A DNA stretch of 64,000 nucleotides from Nemertoderma westbladi (Eukaryota > Animalia > Xenacoelomorpha), in the NCBI GenBank assembly GCA_032718475.1, contig JAUCBJ010007107.1:8721-72720 (forward strand), in the 5' to 3' direction. Under the pieces are notes generated by a model. That model had not been told where the DNA came from. It saw only the letters and a list, made by a program, of their open reading frames with translations, and ran no database searches. The translations under genes and the position numbers were made by a program. Positions 1-12,489 of the stretch are shown here, piece after piece (within the stretch, counting starts at the first letter, position 1; every line of letters starts with the position of its first letter).

Positions 1-633
1 GGGACTCACAGCACTCTGGTTGGTCAGCAAGCCGACCTGATTGGTATGCTGATAGACTGCGTCCTCCGTCTCCCTACAAGCATTCCTTGGGTTGAACGTC
101 ACGACGTTATGGTCCTCGGGTTGGTCCTACTGATCAACCTCGTCATCCACAGCCCCGCCAACCGCACCCAGGTCCTCCAACCGGAAGAGACGCAACCCGG
201 TTGTGACGTCATCGTCTCCTTGACGACCCTGTACGAGCGGTACACGGGTTTGGCGGCGGAGGCGGAATCCGAGACGATTTCTGCGATTCGGAGCACCAAG
301 GAGCGGATGTTGCTGAAGTCGCAACGCACCGCGGACAACCGGGTTACCGAGAGCATTAAGGCGGCGTTACGGAGCGCGCAGAAGACCGCGGACTCGCATC
401 TCGAGAACTCCATGGTAGCCGCTTACACCGCGCTCCTATTGGGTTGTCTAGTTCAGAACGACTCAGACTATATAGACCTGTTGAAGTCCAGTCTCCCGGG
501 TAACAGTCTCTCCGGGATGGTGGAACGCTTACAATGGTACGTGGAATACTTCGAGTCGACTTTTAAGGACGATTACGATGTTATCGCTAATGTAGGTAAG
601 GTTATTCGAACTTTACAACATTATATTCAATGA
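1..633 (+). CDS. WAPL: C-terminal part of a wings apart-like (WAPL, cohesin release factor) protein; open from the window start
   Basis: Frame 1 is open from base 1 (GTHSTLVGQQADLIGMLIDCVLRLP...). Motifs 'DVMVLGLVLLINLV' and 'HLENSMVAAYTALLLGCL' match the WAPL C-terminal helical domain as I recall it (vertebrate 'DIRVLGLGLLINLV', 'HMEDCIVASYTALLLGCL'). Stop TGA at 631-633; AATAAA at ~679. Confidence 0.85.
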   Translation, partial: GTHSTLVGQQADLIGMLIDCVLRLPTSIPWVERHDVMVLGLVLLINLVIHSPANRTQVLQPEETQPGCDVIVSLTTLYERYTGLAAEAESETISAIRSTKERMLLKSQRTADNRVTESIKAALRSAQKTADSHLENSMVAAYTALLLGCLVQNDSDYIDLLKSSLPGNSLSGMVERLQWYVEYFESTFKDDYDVIANVGKVIRTLQHYIQ

Positions 634-1949
634 TAAAGTTGAACCGATTTAATGTGAATTCTTAAAGTTTTACCTTTGAAATAAAAGTTCCAATTCTACA
701 AGAAAAGTCATAGCGGTACATTTACATAATATAATCACCATTCAGGGAATTTTGTATTTTGAAATTTCAGTTTATATTTCGGAAACTTTATAAATTATAG
801 GCGATTTTTATACGATTAACTATTTTCGCTTTACGATTAATTTACCTTAAACACAATATAAATGGAATAAGACCAAGTTAGTTATAAAATTTGTTCCGAT
901 TTTGTCAGGAACTAATTTCCTAATTAATTAATTAATTAATTAAGATTCCTAATTAAATATTAACTATTTATTTTCTCATTTTGTTTAATTAACTAATTTT
1001 TTTCTCTGATTAATCTGACTCTCTATGCCTATAATATATTGTTTGCAATGATTTACCTTTTTCTTCGAATAGTGATTTTAAGTTACATTGATTTGCAGAA
1101 ATAAATCCACGAATGTTTGGGGTTTACCATCGTGCTAATTTATAATACAACTTATACAACAATTGTATTCACTCTACTTTACTTTATCTTGTACTAACTA
1201 GCCATCTTGGTATTTATTTTTATTCACAATTAGTGTATAACTGATATTTTTACTATTAAATTCGTTTTAGTTGGTTTAATTGCTGTTTTTTTTTTAATAA
1301 TGGACGTTTGTTGGAAATACTAAAACTGTATAGATCTGCTTTCCACGTGCTGAGTTACGGTAGTATGTGAATCTCTGTCTGAGTGTCTGTTCGCTATTAC
1401 GTTAGTTTAAATAAACTCACCTACGTCTAAGGAACTATGGTGCTTATTATTACTACGTATTCTCCTAAGTTGGGATTGAATATTGTTATTCCTATTTGAA
1501 CATAACGAATTATAAGTTTTAATCAATGCGATTTGACCGTTTTTATCTAATATTTTATATTTGTTAATTAGTCCGGCCATTCTAGAATTCTCTGACTGTT
1601 TCAAGTTGTTTTGTTATTTTGTATAATTTTATTTATGAAGTTTCGTTAAATCTTTTAACGAATGTTATCTCTTTAAGTTTATTGCGTTAATTCATTTCTC
1701 AACCTGTACAGCTCCATCTGAACATTTGTAGGTACAATAATCCATGCGCGAGCCCACCAACCTTTAAAACACACTTAGTTCTGTTGTTAGTTGTGATTAT
1801 ATTGTATTATTGGTTGTTGTTGTTGTCTATTTTGTATTATAATTTTATGTACATTAAACTGTTTCCGCATAAATGTAAAAATTCTGGGTTCCACATTTTG
1901 TCGTCTTAGTATTCTTATAGAGGGGATTAAAGCCTCCCACGCCAATTTA

Positions 1950-4900
1950 CTTTAATATGATTCACCTTCCAATTGCGGAAGACACCTTGGTGTGCGGTAT
2001 GTAGACGATGGATTATCTCTGCTCGTATCCCTGCAGGAACGACAATTTGGGATCCAAGGTAAACAAGGCCATCCTGTACTGAATAGTCATTTATATTGTT
2101 TTCATAAATACATAATTCCTTTGGGATGTTTTTACCAGATATGCCGATATGCCTCTTATTACTGCATACAAAATAAGTTTATAATTGTCATCATGTAATG
2201 CAGCATCATATAAAAGCTTGTGGGAAGGATCAATTTCTCTTGTGCTATCAAAAGCAACCCGTTTGACATGCAGGGCAATTAGCAACCTGTTTGACATGCA
2301 GGGCAATTTCATCTGCTTGCTTAACATCTTCAGTTGCGGGTTTAGAAACGGGACACCCATAAAGTGTGTCAGCAAAAGTGTTTTTCTTCCCAGGAATCCA
2401 TTCCGCAGTGAAATTGCAGCCACTTAAGCTTTTCTTTTAATTTCTGGAGACGTAAGTTCTCAATATAATTTATAGATCGAAGTGGTTTGTGGTTGGTTCT
2501 AATCAGAGAAGTTTGGACTCCCTTGTAAGTAAACCCGGGGTTTCTTTACTGCCCAAACGACTGCCAAGAGCTCGAGTTCAACTACTTCCCAGTTGGCTTG
2601 GGAAGTTGGATGTAGTGAAATGGCTTCCACATATGTTGAAAATAGGGTGAATTGATTTGTGAGTCCCAGAAACGAGTTAAGTTCTGTTATGTTTCGTGGG
2701 ATTTGAATATCGTGAATTACCCAAGTTTTTCCGGATCCCCTTTGATGCCATCTCATCCGATCCTAAGTCCAACAAACTGTACTTCTGGACGTCCAAAGAT
2801 AAATTTCTCCTTACTGAGGGTGATCCCGTACTTACGGCATTTACCTTGTGATGTTCCTCAAATGTAACGGTGTGTACCAATATATGATCTACAATTTTTC
2901 CAATGTTATCTATTCCTGTCCTTGCTAAATCTCCCCAGACGTAAAAATTTATACGGTGCGATGTAATAAGGGTTGTTAGAGCCTGGCAGCCTGGATGTAG
3001 TGGGATATGTCAGTATCCCTTAACTGCATCAAGAGATGAGAATAAATTGCAGCCTGGCGATATATTTTCGATAATATCTGCGGGACAAACATAGGGATAA
3101 ACAAACAGGCCTCTCAACATATTCGTTAAGGCGGGAATATTCTAACCCCTCCACGTGGTTTTTCCACAACTACCATTGGTGATACCCAGGGTGAAGGGGG
3201 ATCACCCAGCTCTATCTTTTGTATGATTCCAAGTTGCAACATGCGGTCTAATTCTAACTTTGTTACAGTTTCAAGGGGAAGTTGTACCTTTCGTGTAGTG
3301 TAGATCTTGAAAGGTTGTGTCCCTTGCTTTAGAATGATTTCCATTGGAGGTATGTTCATTGGTTTAAATATACTTGTATTGAAAACATCAGAAAATTCCT
3401 CGATGACCAGATTTCTGGCAGTGTCAATACTAGATACTTCATCAATGATGATATTTTGTGGTACTGGGCATATTTAGTGATAAACAGGTGTGCCAGGGTA
3501 ATATGAAAGTGGATCCTATTTTGGAAACTGGCCTGAATATTAACGGATGAGTTATAATATTGAACTGTTAATTAATTGAATTGTACCACACGATTCAATG
3601 ATTTGGCAATTTGCTTCATATATTTGATGGATAATTTATTGTACAGTAATCTCAATATTTCGTTCTACATTATGAGTAGTGAGGAGGGAAAATAGTATGC
3701 TGGCAGCGTCAGCACCAGTGTCTTGTAGTGCAGTGACTGTAAAATTGTATATAGTGTATAGTAATATAGTGAAGGTACACTTGCTGACAACCAACTTTTC
3801 TGGCAACCAACTCATGGAAAGCGTAGTCGTGGACGACCGGCCATAACATATATAGATCAACTTGAAAGGGATACTGAACGAAATTGAAAATTGAGAAACG
3901 AAATTGCGACAACTATGGAGAATCGGGAAGCCTGGAAGGATCTCATTTCCACTGTCCGAGTTCGCTCGACCTAGTAGTAGTACAGTAGTACACTTGCTGA
4001 ATGCCTGAAGATTTACACACTGGTGAGAAATGACCTGATTTTCTACACTTATTTCATGTCCTGTTTCGGGCGGGACATTGCAAACGATTGGATGGCCTCA
4101 TGTGATACAGCAGATTAGAAATTAATATTTGTGCTTGCAGAGGTCCTGTGAAACAGCTGTTTCATTAGTTAGTTATATGGTGGGAATTGATGTTTATGTC
4201 AGAGGATATTGCATTTGTTTCAGTTTCTCCTTTTTCATGAGTAATGCACACTGTTCGCACATCCTTTAAATTAAATTTTTTATTTAGGGAGAGCAAAAAG
4301 TTTTTTTTGAAGCTCCTTGTCACAAATACCAGAACAAATTTGAGTAGTTAGTGTCTCCTCAGCGCAAGGGCAACCTGAACTCGGCTCAGTGACCTCTTGT
4401 AGACTTATAATCCTGTCAAAAAATTATTCAAATGATTCTCCTTCAGCCTGGAAACTCTTACTAAAAGGGACACGACGGCGTATGAGGCTCATTTTCTCAG
4501 CGTAGTACAATTGAAGAACATCTAATGTTTCTTCGACAGATTTGTTAGTATTCTCAGTGAGGCCCATGTGATCCTCATTTTAGTGAGCATGTCTGTTGAA
4601 ATACATGACCGTAATTGTGCAACTTGGCTGCTTTGGTCAACTTGATCAAGATGATTGGAAGTGTAACAATCATTACATTTAGCACGCCAATAACGGAATG
4701 TCGCAAGTGTCAGTGAACTAACCAGTGCATTTGGTTGGCATGAACGGTCAATGCGGTGATTTGTCGCCATTCGGAAAATTCCAGGAGCACTAGGATGCGG
4801 AATTTCAGGGCCTTGGATCGCCTAATATTGCGACCTTAGCTTTTCATGGTCGCGCTCAAGGAAAAACACCTCATTTGAAAATGTGTCAATGCGTGACACA

Positions 4901-5272
4901 GCCAAGTCATCTGGTGCAGGTTGTTCAATTATTGTTACCAAATCGTTCTGATCGACGATTTGGAGAGCGCATCTTTAAAGCCACTGAGCATGCGTGCTAG
5001 CATGTCAAAATCCAAAATGTCGAGATTTTCAGCGGGAACTGCCATAAGGCATTAATTGTGTTTTGAAACGAATTTTAGCCTTGTTGGTTCGACCAAAAAA
5101 AACAGCTCTCGGGAAACTTTGGCAGTTTTAAGAGCATCAGGATCGACCTTTTGTGCCATTATTGGTTTTGATTTTACTGTGTATACTCTTACAAGGTTTG
5201 TGGAGAGGTCCCGCTTCATTATGATGAAAAACATAAGAAAATGCGTAGTTTAACTAAACTACTCGCATCGCC
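1950..5272 (-). mobile_element. Degenerate Ty3/Gypsy LTR retrotransposon internal region (gag-PR-RT-RNase H relic)
   Basis: Fragmented minus-strand motifs: protease 'ALQDTGAD' (~3707-3730), RT 'PSPWVSPMVVVEKPRGGVRI' and 'FSSLDAVKGY', RNase H 'ELELLAVVWAVKK'. PBS-like TGGCGATGCGAG after ...AACA near 5273. Many stops and frameshifts; boundaries approximate. Confidence 0.8.
3788..3987 (+). mobile_element. 5'-truncated RTE-type LINE 3' end inserted in the Gypsy relic
   Basis: 13-bp TSD GTACACTTGCTGA at 3775-3787 and 3988-4000. Encodes 'LFWQPTHGKRSRGRPAITYIDQL...MENREAW' and ends in a (TAG)n tail. Confidence 0.85.
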
Positions 5273-5747
5273 ATGTTCGGTGACCCCCCAGGCAGTCAAC
5301 GAACTTAGATAAATGTAAATCAATATTAAATAAAGCAACTAACAACGTTTAATAATAATGATAATGATAATATATTCACTTTAGAATTGACAATATATCA
5401 ACCCACAACCAAACAGTGAAACAGTGACCAGATGATTGGTTGCACTACTGAATAAGTTTAACCAGCTGAGACTGTGTATATCCCTTTGCTGCTCGAATTA
5501 TTTTTACTGGTTTAAAATTTTTTTTAGGTGAGATAGATAAACTGAAAACAGTCTAAAAGAACACACTAATGCCAAAAAATTTATTTTTTTTATTATTTTA
5601 ATATTTTTAATGAATGTTGTTGAGGAACAACAATGAGCATTAATGGTAGCAATAATATTTGGTATAATAGTATCCGATTCATCTTCCCCACTATCATTAC
5701 TATCTGGTATGACAATTGAATACACCTTCTCTTTGTTCTGGTACCGA

Positions 5748-7800
5748 ACTACTACTACTAGGATCGGCATGCTGTATTGGAGCTGCATTTTTCAGAAAGC
5801 TTTGTCGGCTTGTCGACAAAATTTCGCCGCCACAACTCCCTATAACCCATATCATTTGCTAGAACATCCGCATCTTCAAAGCCAGTGTCCTTCTAGATGC
5901 GTCTCAAGAAAGTCATGGGCTGTCTACCATGCTTATTTGCTCCATGAGAGCGCCAAAGCACAAGGTTATGCACTGGCTGGCCATTACGGCGAAAGCAATG
6001 TCCTGCAAAGAGTGTTCAAGTGTCAAGCTAGTGAAGATTAGGCTCATTCCAAAGTAAAGTACGGGACATTCGTACACAATTTTAAACTTTGATTGCCTGT
6101 ACAATGTTATCCACAGCACATATGTGCACAAAATTGTGCTTAGATTGAACTTTCGAATATCAGCTTTGATTTCGCTAAGCTTATGGCGGGACTTAGTCAC
6201 TTTTGAGAAAACACCAGCTTGTCCAATTAAGGTAAAGTACGGATTCGTACGAAATGGTTTTTTTTATGTTATGATTTCAATTCTAAAATTTAGCGAATTG
6301 TGCGCAGGTACGGTGTTGAGTTGATGTTTAGGATAAAGCTGTATTATTAAGCTTAAATAAAAATATAAATATCAGACGAATTGCTACATTGCTAATTTTT
6401 TACAGTTGGTGTGTGTGGTAAAGTATGGGACATTGCTAAGTAAAGTACGGGACCTGTACGAATTTTATGGTCAAAATGGTCTCTTACACTTAAATTAACA
6501 GTAATTTCTGGATAATTAGTGATAATAAAGTGGAACTAAGTATTTCCAACCAAGATATGGATGCAAAATGTGGGGCGACCCACAAATTGACCCGAAGTCT
6601 TAGCATATGGATGCCGTTGAGGAGTTGTCTGTCTTCTGTCTAATTTTTGATCGCTAATACTGTATAACTCCATACTTGGTACGTATGAAGTCTGTCAAAA
6701 GTTTGGAAATAATCTGAAGTTTAAGGAATCAAAGGTCACATATCAGACATTCTGTCTGTTGGTACCGATAGTTTCAAAATTTTGATAAAAACCGAAATAA
6801 GTCCGCCAATCATTGATGAAATACTGTATAACCAAACTTGGTACACATGTATTCTGTGAAAAGTTTAGAAATTCTTTCCATTTTTCTGAAAATGTACCGG
6901 TATCAATTACTGTACTTACCGATCTTCTTATCTGCTAAAAAACTAAATTTTTTGAAATTTGTTGTAAAGTACGGGACTTTACATGCATAAACTCAAAGAT
7001 TAGTTAACTGAGGAATGATTCTTAGTTCAAATACATACTTCTATGCTTCCCACTACTATCACCCTAAAGCATTATAACACTCCTGCCTATGACCTTAGAG
7101 TATTATAACACTCATGGCTTCACATATTACATTAATACAGTGCACTAAAATATAATCGCCATTTTAATGGTAAAGTATGGGACAATTTTAAATTGGCCGC
7201 CATGATATTTCTGAGGGAGTGAAGATGAAACTAATTGTCTTATAAGATGACGCAACTCAAACGTGCTTTGCATTTAACTGGGTGATTAGGCTGAGTTACA
7301 TCTCTGTGAATAAACTAAAAATTTCACTATTTTAGGTAAAGTATGGGACATCACATGATTAACTTTATCGATTTCATTACAGAGGAATTAAACACTGGTG
7401 AAATTAAATGAAACCAAAAAAATTCGAAAATGGGTTTGTTTTTGATTTGGTACATGCTCAGAAATGTTAATTTATTGGTCATAGAAAGTGCCTACAAGAA
7501 ACGAAACTTTTGCACACTTTTATTCACATTTTGTGCAGAGCAGGTGCATAATTTGTAATTCGACTATTTTTGAGAAACCACCTGTGTTGATACAATTTTT
7601 AGCACTGAATTCAGGAAGTACGATAAATTTTGACCTAAAAGAAGCATAAATTCAAAGCTACATCTCATTTTTCGAAATTATTTTTCGAAATGGAATGAGC
7701 CATTAATGGAACACCTCCAATGCTGTATAGAGTTTGGGTTGGAGATGTGTTCATTGTACTTGACAGAGTGAACTCTGCGCAGCATTCTTGTGAAAGTGCC
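5748..7800 (-). mobile_element. RTE-type LINE 3' fragment, split by a DNA transposon at 6041-7701
   Basis: (ACT)n tail at 5748-5760. Segments 5761-6040 and 7706-7800 are colinear and similar to the RTE at 58767-59150. Confidence 0.8.
6041..7701. mobile_element. Non-autonomous DNA transposon with 10-bp TIR and 4-bp TSD
   Basis: TIR GGCTCATTCC (6041-6050) / GGAATGAGCC (7692-7701), ATTA duplicated on both sides, and the LINE resumes right after it. Internal motif AAAGTAYGGGAC repeated about 6 times. Confidence 0.8.
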
Positions 7801-8614
7801 TGTGAAAGTGTGAAATAAAAACTAATAACAGTGTAATTATAGCTTTCTTAAACTTAAATGGGCAATGTTGTTGTGGGACAACAACCTTTAAAACACTACC
7901 CACTTGGTTAAAATCTATTAAAATCTATTGGAGCATTCGAAAACCACCTTAGACATGTTTTCCTATCTACTCAATTTTTTTGGAACGGAAAAATTAAAGG
8001 GAATTGTCTTTTTTAACAATATAAATGCACATGTTTTTTCAATTACCGCTTGTTGAAGCATAGGCTCACAATATGTAAGCCAATGTTCAAATTTCCATCT
8101 GGAAAGCAAAGGAAACTGATCCTCAGGTACAAGAAACATGTTGACAACCCATATCAACCAATCAGATTTCACATATTACTGTACCATTCTGAGATTAGGA
8201 GAGCCAATAATAGGAATGTTGTTCCGGAACAACACTGAGCAGCAAAGGGATATGCAATGCATGTGCAATGGTGCAATATAATGTAATATAAACCATATTA
8301 GTACTTTAACTATATTGCTTACTGATGGAATACCATACAAGTTGCTAATACATTTATCATGTATATAGTTATATAATCCCGTCTAAAATAATTTAAAAAA
8401 ACGTGAAATATTAATAAACAATATAACATACAATATAACATAATAACTTTTCATAAATTATTATTTATCAACAATAAAGACACGGGTCGACTATAGCATT
8501 TTGTATATTTATATCCAATAATTAATAATAATTTAAAAATAAGGGGAGGGGGGGGGGGGGGGGGGGTTGGGATAGAATAAATATGGTGCCATGTTGGTCT
8601 CCCGGTAGCAGCGG

Positions 8615-8820
8615 TTCTCGGGGAGGTTGAATGACTTCTTTATGCAGGAGGCATTCTCGGCTGGGATAGCGATTCGGAGAGGTTGACGCAGAAACTCTGT
8701 ACCTCTTATTGTCGATGACCTACGGGTGGTGGTTTAACTGCCGTAAGAACGCTAAGGATGAAGATGGCCTATGCCACCAAGTGTCTCAACAGCGACAGGC
8801 TGGACTAAATAAAGTCTATG
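8615..8820 (-). pseudogene. Relic of the C-terminal restriction-like endonuclease region of a CRE-type non-LTR retrotransposon
   Basis: Minus-strand translation gives 'PVAVETLG' and 'FLRQPLRIAIPAENASCI', resembling the 'PxAVETLG...FLxQRLSIAIQRGNAxC' C-terminus of CRE-clade elements. Confidence 0.55.
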
Positions 8821-8949
8821 GAAAAGTTCCAACACTGTCAGTCCTTCAGCTACTGATGAACCATCTAAGTCTTTCTCAGGTGTCGATTTGTAATGGAATT
8901 TAATATAAAAAGCTTCAGTTCATAAGAGTCGTATCTTTGGCGTAAACTT

Positions 8950-9560
8950 TTCGTGTTAGCACCAAATTTTTTTGCTACCACCGCAAAAAAATAAAATTTT
9001 GAGATGTCTAGTGTCATTATAATTTATTTCCATCAGATTCAGTACTCCCATAAAACGCAAGAAATTAATCCATATATTAATAAATTGGATGTTTTAAATC
9101 TGGATACTGGATAAATAAAAAATAATAAATACTGGATGAATTGGAAGTGATAAAAAGATGCCAAAATCAATTGATGGATTTTCAAATTTGATAATAGCGC
9201 CAAATTTAGCACCCAATCAAATACAAGTTTGAGTTTTCTAGTGCAATTTTTATTTATTCCATCGCTGATATAATGTTTCTTTTCTACATACAATAATAGT
9301 TGAGAAACAATTAACCAAATAGGCGGACATTTTGGTGCTAACACCAACATTTGACAACCGCTGAAGAATACCAAGTTTGAAATTCCTAGCATTCAGTATT
9401 TATATTTATTCTATCGGATTGAAAACCTAACAATTCAGTGTAAGTCAAAAAATTGGGAGGGTACAAATCACATTTCATGCAATCGAATTTTCAAAAACGT
9501 CTCTAAAATAGGGCAAAAGTAGTGATAAAAAATGGTGCCATTTCTGGAAAAGAAACCAAT
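8950..9560. repeat. Older fragment related to the piggyBac-type MITE family at 54584-56150 / 61009-62560
   Basis: Shared motifs AGCACCAAATTT, TTTGAGATGTCTAGT and TTTTCAAAAACGTCTC...AAAAAATGGTGC. No intact termini seen. Confidence 0.5.
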
Positions 9561-9898
9561 GCACTTAAAAATCGATTTCATTTTTAGAGGGTACAGTAAA
9601 ATATTTTTTTAGGAAAAAGTCGCAAGATTTCCCAATATAACAAAATTTGAGATATAACAATAAAGCAGGCAACATTGAATTGTTTAAACAAAGATACGCC
9701 CCAAGCGGGGCATATGGTTTGACCAATGAGAGTGATAAAAGTTTACAGCAATATGACCCTACAGGTATGTCGGGAAATAAACACCTCGGGATATAAATTC
9801 AATAGGATTATACCGGAGAAACTCAAGTATGGATAATAATAATACACAAATATTCGTAGAATTACCTTCACCAGTAAATAGTTGATTTCCAACAAACT

Positions 9899-10576
9899 TT
9901 AGAATCTAAAAACCCCAAGAAATATGATTCCAACTAGAAGCTGAAAGGTCAGATCAATGTTATCGGATCCGCTTGTTTCTGTTGAGGTTTCCATGACAAC
10001 CATGCTGGTTGTTTCTGCTACGGCATCATCCTTCCACGTAACAGGAGGACATTCGCTACCGGTACCGTTGCAGCATTGTACTTGACACGACTTGCCTGTT
10101 ATTACTGAAGCTAGACTCTCCAGCCATCCAACTATCCTTATAAAAAGATAGAAGTCATCCGACATACTATCCCGGTCTCTCTCTACAGCGATGTTGTACT
10201 GAAGTGTGCATGTAGCCTCGTTCAGATCTAAACACTTCTCCCAACATTCTATATACGAGTAATAGAACATAACCTCATCCTTGTCTTTGAAATCATCACC
10301 CGGAATACCGGAGAATCTCACATGTATGATGCCGCAAGAATTGCAGTTCGTTGCAATGCTTGTTGAGTTGAACCAATAATGGTTGTTTTGTGTTACTATG
10401 AGATCTACCAAGGCATCTTCAATAAAGGATTGTAATTCTTTGTTGTCTGACTTTACAAAAACGGAATATCCAACTTCACAAGAAACTCCTACACAAATAG
10501 TTACACAAAATAATGACAAACTAATGGCTATTATGATTGGCACTTTGGAATATTCCATCTCTATGACTACAATCAT
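9899..10576 (-). CDS. Cys-rich secreted or membrane-anchored protein of unknown family (225 aa)
   Basis: Uninterrupted ORF with a hydrophobic N-terminal segment (IIIAISLSLFCVTICVGVSC), several Cys including 'CQVQCCNG', a Ser/Thr-rich stalk and a hydrophobic C-terminus (LLVGIIFLGVFRF). Candidate splice acceptor TTTTTGTATCTGCAG ending at 10601 on the minus strand. Confidence 0.65.
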   Translation of the reverse strand: MIVVIEMEYSKVPIIIAISLSLFCVTICVGVSCEVGYSVFVKSDNKELQSFIEDALVDLIVTQNNHYWFNSTSIATNCNSCGIIHVRFSGIPGDDFKDKDEVMFYYSYIECWEKCLDLNEATCTLQYNIAVERDRDSMSDDFYLFIRIVGWLESLASVITGKSCQVQCCNGTGSECPPVTWKDDAVAETTSMVVMETSTETSGSDNIDLTFQLLVGIIFLGVFRF

Positions 10577-12489
10577 TCATTTACATATTTCCATAATGAA
10601 CTGCAGATACAAAAATGTTTACTAAGTTTGGACCCATCTCTTCATCATTCAGCTCTTATTTATTATTACTTAATTTCAATTTCATGTATTGCAGGTTTAT
10701 TATATAACTTATTGACTTCTTAAATATCTTTTAACGACTTCTTTAACTTTTAGCGTTAACCACGTCATTCACATTTAATAATACAGTCTAAACCGCGGTA
10801 GAATGAGTTTCCTCATCAGATAGAAAATTGAAACAATGAATTATTGTAAACTGAAACTAATTAATTATTGTAGAAAGAAATATGGTGAAAAAAGTGTAAC
10901 TGCGTTCTGTTGTAGGATATGTATGCCTACTAACAACAGTATTATTCGTGTAGGCCTAAAGTAGAAAAATGCCTCAAAATAATATTCTGCTACTCAAGCT
11001 GTAACCCATTTACATACTTAGGTACAGTAGGCTACCGAGGCTGATACAGAAGCATTAGACTGTAATACTGTTTCAGCTTTATTCAGATTGGACCTGTGAA
11101 CTATTTAGTGGAATCCACCAGATCTGATCGTTATTGTGCCATTGCCAGTCTCAAGTCCGATATGAAAATCCAAATTCAGGAGGTCATGAGGCAGGTCTGG
11201 AGCAATAGGCTGCAAAAGGAGAGCCAAAGGCTCGACAGAGTCTTATGAGGAATAAATAATGCAGCCTATTTAAGGGAACTTACAAACTAAAATAAACACC
11301 AAAGTGAAAAAAAACCTCCTAAGATAGCATTTTATGAAACCCCTTTTGTTAAGTAGGCACTTTGCTTTGATCATTTTTAGGTTGATCATTAAAGGATTTT
11401 CCCAGGAGAACAGCGAAAGCTAGAACGATTCTGTTTGCGCGATCTTATAGATGTCCCAAGCGCGCACAGCAGATAAATATTTGACAAAAATCTGGTAATT
11501 AATTAATTAGTAATTAGCGATTAAACATTTATAATTGATATTGCTCGAAAACTATTTGGTTTTCCCATAACAACGGTGTTTTTTTACGTTCATCTAGGTA
11601 AGATCTGAAAAAAGTTCAATCATCGCTATGGCCCATCTATTACTGATAATTAGTACTAATTAGCCAAAAACTAATTAGCGTCTTATCTCGAAAACGCTAA
11701 GAGCTATGAAATAAGCTGTCCGTTAGACTATAGCAATTGGAGATGAAGCATGCAACTGCTTTCGTTTCCGGCAACGATATTTGTCTTCTTAATCGGTTGT
11801 TAAGGTTGCGTTTACAGTAATCGAAAGTTAAAATGGACCCTAAGGCTGATAGATCGCATCCAACTTTTTCAGCAATCCAACAGGGCTGAACCAACTTTTT
11901 ATAAAAGAAAAATGCCCGGCCAAACTGATTTCATTTCTTGGGGCACTTCAACGCCCTGATTCCAAAAATGATATTTACAAAATCTTTTGCCCGTGTCGTT
12001 TTCTTAAAATTACTAAATAAATTAGAAATACTATTTATAATAATGCTATATATATTATAACAAATGCCCAGACCAAATTATATCATTTTTCGAGACTTTT
12101 AATCAACCTGGTTCCGAATCTGTTAATTTTATAATATTTCGTTGTCTTTTAGAGTAATAAATAATACAGTATTCTAAAATAATATTCAATTTATTAATAT
12201 TATATAGTAGAACTGCCTAATACTCAATTGTAGTGAATATCAACTTCTCTTACTCCTATTGCACTGATATTAGTATCATTCGAACCGCAATGGTCGATTT
12301 AGTGGGCGTTGAAAGATTGCAAGAAGTATCGCTTGCTGAAGGCCATTTATTATATTTAATAGATACATAAAATTCTAGAATGAGTTATTTATTTTGGTGG
12401 TTGCTTAGCTAATCATACATAAACAAAATGTTCCAGAACATTGTGTATAATTTTTTTAAATAGAATAACTGGCCCTCAGCGAACGATAC

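Larger units (their letters stand above)
5482..8249. mobile_element. Non-autonomous TIR DNA element (outermost layer of a nest)
   Basis: Inverted repeat CCCTTTGCTGCTC (5482-5494) / GAGCAGCAAAGGG (8237-8249), flanked by ATAT on both sides. No intact transposase seen. Confidence 0.6.

Noticed and set aside
1407-1760. Small minus-strand gene after WAPL
   Set aside because: Short, AT-rich, with a non-ATG start and no recognisable motif; at most an old TE scrap.
5273-5480. Matched LTR pair for the Gypsy relic
   Set aside because: A PBS-like junction is present but I found no second copy near 1700-1950.
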